Shown here one piece after another: positions 27,186 through 40,295 of a stretch of DNA of 64,000 nt. The number at the start of each line of letters is the position of its first letter. Position 1 is the first letter of the stretch. The notes below the pieces were generated by a model that worked only from the letters and a program-made list of their open reading frames with translations, was not told where the DNA came from and did not search any database. The DNA is from the human T2T-CHM13v2.0 reference genome, Homo sapiens. A program made the translations under genes and the position numbers. The stretch lies in NCBI RefSeq assembly GCF_009914755.1, contig NC_060946.1; one strand, 5' to 3'.

Positions 27186-27879
27186 ACCAGGTACCTCAGT
27201 TGGAAATGCAGAAATCACCTGTCTTCTGCGTCGATCTCACTGGGAGCTGCAGACCAGAGCTGTTCCTGTTTGGCCATCTTGGAAGAGACCTTCCCTGTGT
27301 ATTCCGAGCCTTCTGCATTCTGCCATCACTGCAGCCTCCTCATGTTGGATGGACCTGATATTTTTGCTTTTCTAGTAATTCAGAAATCCTCAGTGGAAAG
27401 GCTGTTTATTAATATGAGTTATCTCCAGACAGGGCAAAGGTGTGGTCTATGGATGCTGTGGATTAGCAATGACCAGGCTCTCAGGTGACTCCACTCATGT
27501 GATTTTCACAGAAAGACTGCTGTCTGGCCAGTGAGCAGCACAGGGCACTGTGAGTCACACTCAGTGTCTGCACAGTGAAAACCCAAAACTTGCCACCCCC
27601 CCCAAACTCCCCAGGGCTGGGTAGATGGAGTGTGCACTCACTGACACAGATTTAGCAGCTAGATATGGTCCCAGCACCCCCACCTTCTTCCAAGTCCTGC
27701 GTGCCAGACACCCCGACAACAGCTCCCAGATACTGATAAATCCATGGGGAGAGTTGGGGGTAGGCAGTGGGAGCAACACACTTGCATCCATAACCCCTCC
27801 TTTGTGAGGCCACTGAAGGGGATAAGAGAGGCCTGGAGAAGCCACTCCAGTTCTGGACCTCAGGAGGGCTGTGTCCACT

Positions 27880-28400
27880 GTGACCTGGGCACCTATTCTC
27901 CTGTGATATTCTATCATTTCTCAGGTAGGGACAGGTCTCACGTCCTGGGGAAGCCCCCTAGCCTGAGTTCTTGCCCTGTGTTTCACTCTCACCCTTTGTC
28001 CTGATTCCTCACCCACGATCATCTTTGCTTGCAGGTTCCCTCTCTCAGCCTTTGCTTATTCAGCTGCCCTCCCTCTCTGCACATCTGAGAAATGCTATAA
28101 GACTTCCCTGTACCCCAAGTAGTGGCTGCATTGTTGGAGGCTGTCACATATTCTTGTACCAGCAGAAGTCACGGAGCCTTCCCCAGTATCTCCTGAGATA
28201 CTACTCAGACTCAAGTAAGCACCAGGACTCTGGGGTCCCCAGTCACTTCTGTGAATCCAAAGATCCCTCGGGCAATGTGCAGGGATTCTGCACATTTCTG
28301 AGCAGCCTAAGATCAAGTCCGACTATTACTATTTTACATATCACAGCAACAGTGGCACTTTCACTGTGCTCCAGACTTACGGGGAAGTGAGATTAGAACC
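27880..28400 (+). pseudogene. IGLVIV-66-1: V-lambda pseudogene IGLV(IV)-66-1 (IGLV5-like)
   Basis: Octamer variant ACTTGCAT at 27780-27787; ATG replaced by GTG at 27880; donor 27925; acceptor 28033-28034. QPLLIQLPSLSA...PQYLLRYYSDSSKHQDSGVPSHF. RSS CACTGTG-23-ATTAGAACC (28362-28400). Name from order. Confidence 0.85.
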
Positions 28401-30533
28401 TCCCCTGCATTCTCTCTGCCTTGTGCAGGCAACAATACACTGTCTGGGACCGAGTGTGGCTCATCAGTAGCAGCTTTGTTGTTTGTATTTTTCATTCTTC
28501 AGTACAGGGTGGGACCTTTCTACTGGCCTCCATTAATAGTGAGAGTCAAACAAGACAGTCTGTGGGTGACTCCAAAGTCTAACTCAGGGTTTCCTTATGT
28601 TAGTTAGCTTGGACTACTCTTGGCTCCTCCCCAGAGATCTCAACTTCTCTGGAATTCTCCAGGTGCCACAAGCACTGATTTCAGTCTTGGCCTTGCACCT
28701 CCCCTGAGCAGCTTCTGACTCTCCTCTCATTACATCTCCATTTATGGCCTGTCACCCACTCAATGTGTTAAAAGGTAAAGCATTTTGCAAAGTACTTATC
28801 CTGAACTTTAGCCCCAAATCCACCCAGCTTCCCTAGCCCAGGCCAGCTCTGCTTCTTATGAGGCTGATGAGAGGTACAAGGGCTGCGACCCTTGCTGAGT
28901 CCATTCCTGAAAATGCCCCCAATAAAGCCTGATTAGCGCCAATGCCACAGGACATTGTTCTGTTTCCTTTGCAGGTGGTGCCCAGTGAGGAAAGTTCTTC
29001 CTCCTGAATATGAATATTTTGGAGCATGAAACAGCTGAGCTGATCTGGGGAGGGGAGGCAACCCCTTGTGATGGTGGTCAGATTGCTTGGTTGGGATTGT
29101 CACAGACCATGTGATAATGGGATTATATTGCATATCACAGATGCGCTGGACCCTCAAGTGTGCTGGGGAACTCTGGTTAAAGAATAGAAGTGATCCCTTT
29201 GTTCATATTCACTATGCTGGATGCCCTTTTGAGATCCCTGCAGGACGCTAACCCTCTGACTGCGGCAGCCTTGCCCTTTGATCTGAAGCTTTTATCATAC
29301 ATTGTCCTGCTCAGGGGATTTGGGTGGGGCGTTACTCCTATATATCATCACAAGAAAGGGATTCTCTGGAGACTAAATGCAAACTGGAATATCCCCTGGA
29401 GGCTGTCCCCCTGATTGGGAAATATGAAGAGACTAGGGGTGCTCAGTGTTTAAAATAAAACTTCAGAGAGTAGAGTCTGAGTGTAAACCCTTCAATTCCA
29501 TTTAATCTCTACAAATGTATATAATGTCAAAACATAGTTATGTCATATATTTACACATGTGCACACAAATCTATTAATACATGTTCATAAGTTCACATAT
29601 ATGCTTTATGTTATACATATATGCATTTATACATCAACTGATGTTATTATAATCATAGTTTTACAGACTCAATTTTCCTTTGGGTTTTTCCACATTTCCC
29701 CACTTTCTTTAACACTTATTTCTTGAAAATTTTGGTGGCTGCTTACTGAGATTTTACTAAAAAAGAGCTTCAGAATTTCATTTAGAGTAGATCTTGTGGC
29801 AAATTCTATTTTTTTTGTCTGAAAAAATGGTATTTTTTCTCTTTTTTATTTTTAAAACTTATCTTGAAGCATAATATGTAAAGTGAAATTTGCAGATCTT
29901 AATTGTAAATTTCAGTGTGCTTTTTATGAACACATATACTCATGTGCCCCATGCGTACTCACAACATTTCCATTACTGCAGAATTAAAACATTTTGTTCT
30001 AGTCAATGAAATTATTCCATTACAGAATAGATATGTGTACCACATAGAATGTGTACCTGAGACACACTTCCCCTGGGGACTCCTTATAAAGTGCGGTGAA
30101 TTGTGTGTCTTTTTTCCCATTGAGGAGGCCAATGTGGAAAACTAAAGACTGAGATGATGTAGAAAACTGCCCTGAGAGGGAACCTCACTCTGCCCTGAGG
30201 TAGGGAGCCAGCACTGGTCAAGGCCCCGGTGGAGGATGGCACCTCTGTTGGGTCCACCTGGCCTCTGGTCACAGGCACGATGGACCTGGGCCTGGGCAGC
30301 AGGGGGCGCTGTGGGGCTGGCACTTAGAGTCTGTGGGGCTCTTAGCTGGGAAATGATACCTCGCCCTGGCCTCTGCCTAGGGCTCACTGGGGCCAGCAGC
30401 TGGGTCCTCTCTGGGCCCTTTGGGAGCCTCAGTCCAGGTACATCCCAGGCCTACTCTTCCCAGAAATGACCCAGCCACTGGGACTGCACACGGGCCCAGG
30501 GAGGGGCACGCTTGGGCAGGGGAAGAGGAGCAC

Positions 30534-30541
30534 ATTTGCAT
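30534..30541 (+). promoter_or_regulatory. Octamer ATTTGCAT of IGLV(V)-66
   Basis: Perfect octamer in the same context as 449-456. Confidence 0.85.
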
Positions 30542-30632
30542 GAAAGGCCCATCTCTCTCCTCTAAGGCTAGAGGGTGAACACGAGAGACCTGCTGCGTGG
30601 CTTCCTCTGCAGAGATCCGGGGAGTCTGCACC

Positions 30633-31158
30633 ATGGCCTTGACCCCACTCCTCCTCCTCATTGTCCTCCTTCACTGCACAGTCCAGGACAGCACAAAGCA
30701 TCCTGATCCCCCAGCTCACTGACACCACCTCCCAACTCATGCCAGAACTGTCCTTCCCTGTTCTGCTTTATTCAGTGTATAATGGCTGTCTGTGTTTTCG
30801 GGATCCCTCTGGCAGCCCGTGCCGACTCAGTCGACCTCTGCATCTGCCTCCCTGGGAGCCCTGGCCAAGCTCGCCCACACTCAGCAGTCAGCATAGCAGC
30901 TATGCCATTGAATGCTTTCGGCAGCAGCCAGGGAAGGCCCATCAGTACCTGATGCAGCTTAAGAGTGATGGAAGCCACACCAAGGGGGCTGGGATTCCCA
31001 GTCACTAGTTCTCAGTCTCCAGGACTGGAGCTGACCACTATAGTGTCATTTCTACAATCCCGTCTGAGGATGGAGCTGACTATATCTGTGGTACAGATTG
31101 TAGCATTGGTGTGCCGTTTGGGTAAAGCACAGATAAATGGGGAAATGAGGCAAAAACT
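30633..31158 (+). pseudogene. IGLVV-66: V-lambda pseudogene IGLV(V)-66 (IGLV4-like)
   Basis: ATG 30633; both splice sites damaged (cacagtcc; ttttcgg). SSQHSSYAIECFRQQPGKAHQYLMQLKSDGSHTKGAGIP...DYICGTDCSIGVPFG*. Heptamer lost; spacer and nonamer GCAAAAACT (31150-31158) retained. Confidence 0.87.
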
Positions 31159-31235
31159 GTTTTTCTACTCTGCTACCAAGGTTGAAAAATGGCTCTCAGA
31201 ACCAGTGTCTGCTGACCTGCATACTCAAATATGTT

Positions 31236-31269
31236 ATGTGTGTGTGTGTGTGAATGCGTGTGTGTGTGT
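31236..31269. repeat. Interrupted (GT)n microsatellite
   Basis: tgtgtgtgtgtgtgtgaatgcgtgtgtgtgtgt. Confidence 0.85.
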
Positions 31270-31899
31270 ACTTTAATTTTACGAGTAGAGAGCCAGATAT
31301 TTTCTGATTCCTGCTTCAAGTTCCCTTGGAAACAGCTTTTTAGGCCAGGCCTCTAGGGAGTGCACTCTGATCTGTAACTATTGTGCAAATATTACAACAG
31401 AGCCTGTCTCCTCCTGCTGGTCTGGTGTATTGTGGCTGTATAGGGGGGTGCAAAGAAATTCTCCTTTTCATATTCAGACACTGGGACTCAGCTGCATACC
31501 TCAGTCCTGTCTTATTGAGATCATTTAAATGATCAATCTTAGAAGAAAACTTCTGACTTAAATAAATTTTAGAAGTCTATCAACATGCTAGAAAGCATAT
31601 TCCAGATAAATAAAAATAGAATAAAGATTTATAGAGATTGAGATGAAAAGCTTTAAACCCTTTGGGGGTTTCTGAAGGTATTCTCAGGTGTTCAGTGCCT
31701 GGGATTTGGGAGTAAGGGATAAGGAGGAGAACTTATTTCCAACACACTGAAGATGACAACAGATAAGCAGAAAGTTACCAAAGAAGGAGGAATAGAAATA
31801 GCCATGAATATCATCCTGGTAACCCTGATCTGGAATGAAGGATTTCATTTATTTACTTATTTATTTATTTATTTTCAAAATAAGTACATCTCATGGAGT

Positions 31900-32720
31900 C
31901 CTTGGCAAAAGCTGAAGGAAGTATTGCTTCAGGAAATATCTGTCCAGTAATTAGGAAACTACTAATGTGATTGAGCAGAGACTTCATTAACTTCACATGC
32001 AAAGAATACAGACTTGCAGAACCCTCCTGGAAAACCATGAAACAATACATCATCAACAATAACAACTATAGCAAAAACAGCAACAACATCAACCAAAACG
32101 CTTTACAAAAAAGTTCTAATTTCCAGAACTGTCACATTATATTATTTAAAATTTCCATTTGTCAAAGCAAAATAATGAGGTAGGTTCAAGACACAGGAAC
32201 ATATTGCCATATATAACGGAAAATAACAAAGAAAAAAACATTAAAAAAACAAAAAAATTAAAAGTTGACAAAAACTATTTTCAAAGAGGCAGAAACACTG
32301 GTCTTATTCGACCAATACTTCAACTCCATTATTTCTCCATTTGCTCAAAGAAATTTTAAAAATGTAAAAATGTTCAAAAAAGCATGAAAAGAATGTATCT
32401 CCAAATAAAGAATATTAATAAAAGATATAAAAGAAAGAGTCATTGAAATAAACATAGATTAATTGATATTATCCTATTACAGGAATAGAATGAAATAAGG
32501 GTGGAAAAATACGCAGGACCTAAAGACCCTCTTGACACCATCAAGTGTACCAATATACACATAATGAAAGGCCCAGAAGGGTAAGAGTGAGGAAAAGAAA
32601 CAGAATAATGTAATTGAAAAATGGTAACCAAAACTTTCCCAAATTTGACAAAAAGAAACATACTCAATCCCTAAAAAGTTCAATAAACCTTAATCAGCAT
32701 TAATCGGAACTCATAGATAT
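31900..32720 (+). mobile_element. Old L1M 5'/ORF1-region fragment
   Basis: Decayed ORF1 motifs (gacaccatcaagtgtaccaatatacacataat...cccagaagg; aaaactttcccaaatttg). Confidence 0.65.
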
Positions 32721-33000
32721 AAAACTTATGGAAAGCGTCATGGTGGGATAAAGCTTACTAAGTTCTAAAAAGTCAAATAGACAAAGACGGTTACACCAAA
32801 AGTGTGTCAATTTCTGTTTCCTGCCATGATGCAATAGATGGAGTTCTTACACCATAAACAACACTTTAAGACATAATCGAGTGCATGTAATGACTATTTC
32901 CAGACAGTGAATATTGGCCAACAGGGATAACTTGATTATGTAACCTCAGAGAAAGGACCCTAACACGCAAATGAGCACTGCAGTGGACACGGATTTCTTT

Positions 33001-33298
<298 letters not shown>

Positions 33299-33310
33299 AA
33301 CACAGATTTT

Positions 33311-33994
<684 letters not shown>

Positions 33995-35193
33995 CTAAGA
34001 TTCATATTTTTTCTCTCTGTCCTGTTTTTTCACCACTGTATCTACAAACCCTAGGACTCAGCCTAGCGCAAAGAGCCAATTAATACCATGTTTGTTGAAC
34101 GAATATGTGAATTCACCTAAATAGAATTCTCAGTAAGAGAAAAAGATCTGAGGAAAATAAAGTGATTTTTACTGCTTTATGTGTATTTTGAGTTTGGGTT
34201 GTGAATTGATTCAAGGGGATATATTAAATTAGAATGTTGACCTCTGTGTTTAGAGAACAAGAGAGGAATATGAACTTGAGTGCTGGAAAGGTGACCAGCA
34301 GGATGGACTGGGTCCCATGGGTTTGTGCAGAGACCATGGAAAAGGATGAGCCTCCAGTTACTAAGTAATTGAACAAGATATATTTTAGGTAAACACTTAT
34401 TTTATAATCACCTGTTGGAATGGGTGATAACTGTAGATGTGACTGTTATTCATTGACTCTCTGAAAAAATTATTTATTCAAGGCAAGAAAGATTGGAGAA
34501 TAGTTTTATCTTGAAACACTTTTCATAAACATGACATATTCTTGCTAAAGCAGATACCATATTCATCTCCAAGCTGGAAGGGTTATCTCATCTTCCCAAA
34601 CATGCACCCCTTATAGTATATTTTATCTGCTTTTATGGCATGTCCACTTTCTTGGTCACAGACATTGTAAGCCTCAGAGTTTAATTTGTTTCTCTACTGT
34701 ATACGTATGGCACCTCCAGTTGGTCACTGAAGCTGGAGATTGAAATCCTCTACATCCCCCAGATCTGTCCTCTGGCTCTATGGCGCTGTCCTGTTCCATC
34801 AGACCTACATTGCCCTTCCTTGTGTGAACCCTAACCTAAGTCCAATCTCTACTCCATGAAAGCTGTCTGTAACAGAAGCCTGGCACCTCTTTCTCCTTTT
34901 TATGAAATAAATATCTATTTCTATAGATAGATCTAGATCTAGACATTAATAGCTCCAAATCTGTAGAGGACAAAGTGCCTAGTTCTCAGGTGATAACCAA
35001 CCCACATCTTCTGTCCTGGAATATCCAGCCCCAGATATCACCCCATTTTCTCCTCCCTGTCTCGCTAAATATACATTCACCCACCAAGCCACTGGGTTTG
35101 TAGTAATTTGTCACAACAAGAACAGAAAAATATGTGGAAAAGAATGGAAGAGGAGTGTTGCTGTTAAAAAAAATACTTAAAATATGGAAATAG

Positions 35194-36039
<846 letters not shown>

Positions 36040-37444
36040 AGAAATACATCCAGTAAAGGAGCTCCTGGTGCACTGATGGGAGTTCACAGGGAATTAAGAG
36101 CGCTCTTTTGACTTTTGTGGGAAAACCGGAGGAAAGGGGATCATTGTTTTTTGGTGGAAAACAGGTTGGCTGGATTGTATCATGCAATTGTATGGAAAGC
36201 AGAACAGGTGAGCAGCAAACTTGGATATTTAGCTGAGAATATTTCCAAGCAAAGTATTAAAAGTATAACCTCATTCATTCTTGCTGCTTACAGTAAAATT
36301 TTGTGATAAAAAATGTGAAGTAAGGGAGGAAGTCTTAAATGGAAAGAAACTAGGGCATGATAATTGAGGAGATTACTAGCATATTTCACCAATTACTTGC
36401 TCATTCCCTCTTTTCTGGGAGACCCTAAAAGTAACTCATCATTTACTGTTTTCCATCCGCTTCCTTCCTTGTCTAGAATATGGGCCTGGACCCTCCACAA
36501 GATGCGTAGAGAAGTCAGAAGGCCTTGTCCTGTGCAAGCATTCAAGCATCCACTCCTCGCACTAATATTTCTAGACAGCAAACTGGTGATCCTTGCTCAC
36601 CTGAAACATACATACGGGTTGGAGGAAGACAGAACCTAACACACCTTACCTGTGTGATGTTCAGGGCTGGCCTCTAACTTCTGAGAGCTTCATTTCACTC
36701 CACTTCCTACAAGGATTGCTCATGCCCTCCTTCACTTGTGGTGAAGTTCAAACAATACATTAGATTTGACATCTTTGCCAAGAGCTGTAGAGTGCAAGGT
36801 GCTCACCCAGAGCTACATCTTCCAGCAGATGAGGCTCACAGTTAAATCACTGCTATGGTGTCCGTCAACTCAGGCACTGTTGTGCCTTTTCACAGAGCAT
36901 CGCCTGTTAACTGCTTCACCCACCCACTGTGGGAGTCCAGGTAGGAGGACAATGCCTCCCCACTAGCTGGCTCCTCTCTGGTTGTACCTGTGGGTCACAC
37001 ATGCAGGTGACGGTTTGTACTACCTCCTACCTGGCTGTACTCCCCAAAGCCAGGGCTGACACCCCTCACTGTACTTCCATTCCATCCCATCAGTCACAGG
37101 AGGCAGCTATTGGCTCATTACCCTTTGCAAGGAGTTCAAGGGTAGAAGTGGCCCATTTATAAGAATATTTATATGGACTATCTTGTATATCTTGTGAACC
37201 ATGATACTGTTAAATCAACTCTAATACATCATGTTTATGTCCACTGAAATGATGATGATAAAAGGAAAAGTGATATCTGGACACGCAGACTGAAAAAGAT
37301 CCCAAAGATTCTGCACACAAGGCCCCTATTCTCTGGGGACATGTGGGAATTCAATGGTCTTGCTGACATATAGAGTTTGCTTCACTCTGTGTCAATCTGA
37401 GGCATTTGTGACCTCAGAGTTGTGTTTTCTAAGAATTTACCATG

Positions 37445-37935
37445 TGTGGCAGCTGGACTTCAAGTTATAGCTAAATATCTCTGTCTCCTAGCACTCACAT
37501 CCCTGTACATATTGAAAAGGGATCACTAGTACAATTGATAGGATATTGAGAAAATGACTGATGCCAGGCCATAATACACTTTGAGTTTTGCGTTCTGCTC
37601 TCTCAGATCACTTGCTTTGGGGAAAGCCAGTTGCCATTTGTGAGGACACTCAAGTAGTCCCACAGGGAGTTTCATGCAGCAAGAAGCTGAGGCCTCCTGC
37701 CACCAGCTTTGTGGCTCAGTGAAACTGTAAGTTGATTCTATTGCCTTGGTAAAGTCTTCTTATGGCTTTAGCCCCCCCACTGAAATCCTATTTTCAACCT
37801 CATGAGCCTATCTGAGCCAGAGCCACCTTGCTAAACTGCTCCCAGGTTTCTGACCCACAGAAACTGTGGGATTGCACATCTTTGCACTTGCTAAGTTTTG
37901 TAGTATTTGATGTGAAGTAATTGAAACTGGATGCA
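37445..37935 (+). mobile_element. MLT1-type LTR
   Basis: gagcctatctgagccagagccacc...tttctgacccacagaaactgtg...gctaagttttgtagtatttg. Confidence 0.65.
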
Positions 37936-39773
37936 TCGAGAGAGGGGAATGGAGGTGGCAGAGTGGGTGGAATTAGGCCTGGAGGTCTGCTTTCAGTGAG
38001 ATGTGATGGGACCATGGCAGACACCTCCCTGTTTCTGATTCCAGTGGATTGCTTACTGGGCCTGGCCTTTTTCTTATACTCCATGACTTCATTGTTAATA
38101 CCCTACAGGAATTCTGTATGCGCTATGTCTTATCCATCTTCCTTGGGTAAATATTTAAATATAAATGAATCAAAACACATGGGCCACTTTCTAATCTTGA
38201 TTGTTCAAAACTGAATTCCTCAAATTGAGGGGTATGATTTTCTTTATTGTCCTTGGTGCTCGTCTGCCAGTGTCTACCAATGGTAGAATCATGTAAACAG
38301 TCCCCTCCCCTATTTTGTTTCACTCTCTGAGGACGAGAGAGAAGTCTTGGCCTTCAACAGAAAATGGTCAAACTAGAAAGAGTAACACTTTTGAGCTCCT
38401 CAGTGAATGTGGCCTTGGAAAACCCCTTCACCTGGGCAGCAAAGGAAGAGGGAGAAAGACAGAGCCTGAACTGGTAGGAAGTCCTACCTCAAAAACATCA
38501 GTCAGTCCTCACATGGATGGCCAGGGCATTAAGGAGAACTAATTAAGTTAATTTCACATTCTCCATGACAAATGCTGTTGTCATCAGTAGGGACCTCTCC
38601 TCTCTTTTTCCATCCTCCTACCTGTTCTCACTGTCCCTGACTTACCCACAGTGAACTTTATGTTTTCACCTTTTATATCCCTATGCCTGGTCCTCTGCTG
38701 GCCTGTGCTGATCTTTTCATAAATATTTTTGAAATGAGAAGACGCATTTTCTTAAGTACCATGAAAGTCGACATCACATCCATCTTTCAGGGTCCTGCTC
38801 CCAGACTCTTCTGACTTATCTGTTCACTGTGCTGGGTTGGCAGGGAAAAGTCATCTGCAGCAGAAAAAGTGACAAAATGGAGATACATAGTGTGTCTTGG
38901 CCAAAAATCAGCCAACAGATGAGAGAGATCTAGGATTGTGAGAAGTTCTGCCGTTCCCCAGCACCTCACACTATTTGATGTCTCAATGTTTGTACATATC
39001 ACTATATTTTCTAGAAGATGCACTACATCTAGAAATAGTGTTTGCTTTGTTTGTCCCCAAGCAGGACCCCACTCTCCACTCAGAGCCAGTTCACAGTTGC
39101 CTTCTTCCCTGGCCCCTGTGGAAGGAGCTGCTCAGGTGTTTGCTCCCAGAGCCCTCCGCATTTTCCCCTTACTGCGGCCTCCTCACAATGAACAATTGTC
39201 ATGTTTTTCATTTCTCCTGTTCCTGTTATTCTAGAAATCCCTCAATCAAAAAGGATGGTTATGAATATAAGTTACCTGAGACAGAGCAGGGGTGTGGTCC
39301 ATGGATGCTGTGACCTGACAGGGACCCAGCACTCAGGCCAACTCCACTCACATGATTCTGACTGAAAGACTGAAGTGTGCAGCAGGGGGAAATCTGGGTC
39401 TTTCCAAGCTCTGAACAGTGGTGCCCACATATCTGTTATACCTGGGCAATGGAGCCTGCACTCACTGAGGAAGATACCACAGCTGTGTCTTCTCTGGGCT
39501 GGGTAGAGTCTCCTACTCACAGGTCTGTGGAAGGTGCAGGAGCTGCTTCCTCACTTACTCCTCCCGTGGGACAAACGCTGAGTCTCACCCACCAACCCAC
39601 CATATCTAAAGAATCATGCTCAGACTTCAGCTCTTCCTAGGGTGGAACAAAGATTACCAGGAGGATACACAAATTTGTGTGGACAGATCCTCCCTTTTCA
39701 GGCCACTGGAGAAGATAAAAGAGGCCTGAGTTAAGCAGCTTCCTCTGTGGGGCCACAGGAGGCGGTGTCCACC

Positions 39774-40295
39774 ATGGCCTGGACCCCTCTGCTCCTCATG
39801 TTCCTCTCTCATTGCTCAGGTGAGAACTGGTTTTAGGTGTCTAGGGTTAGCTCCTTAGCTTGCGTCAGCCTCTCTGGCTCAGATCCCCAAGACATGTATC
39901 TCTAGTTCCTGCCCCAGCCCCCATGAGTGTCTGTGCTTGCAGGTTCCCTCTCCCAGCCTGTGCTGACTCAGATGACCTCACTCTCTGCATCTCCGGGAGC
40001 ATGAGCCAGACTTACCTGCACCCTGAGCAGTGGCTTCAGAGTTGGTAACTTTGCAATATAGTGGTCAGCTGAAGCCAGGCAGCCGTCCCAGGTGTCTCCT
40101 GAGATACTACTCAGACTCAAATATCACTCAGCACCCTGGGGTTCCCATCCACTTCTCTGGATCCAATGATACATTAGCCAATGCAGGGATTCTGTACATT
40201 CCTGGGCTGAAGCCTGAGGGTGAGGCTATTACTGTTGTACGTGGCACAGCAGCTCCAAGTCAGCACTCCAGACCCACTGGGAGGTTACAAAAACC
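39774..40295 (+). pseudogene. IGLVIV-65: V-lambda pseudogene IGLV(IV)-65 (IGLV5-like)
   Basis: Leader MAWTPLLLMFLSHCS-G (39774-39819); acceptor 39941-39942. QPVLTQMTSLSASPGA* ... LLRYYSDSN. Heptamer deleted; perfect nonamer ACAAAAACC at 40287-40295; octamer decayed (ATTTGTGT). Confidence 0.87.

Noticed and set aside
34921-34944. Short palindromic run ctatagatagatctagatctagac
   Set aside because: Low-complexity slippage inside an LTR remnant; no further structure.
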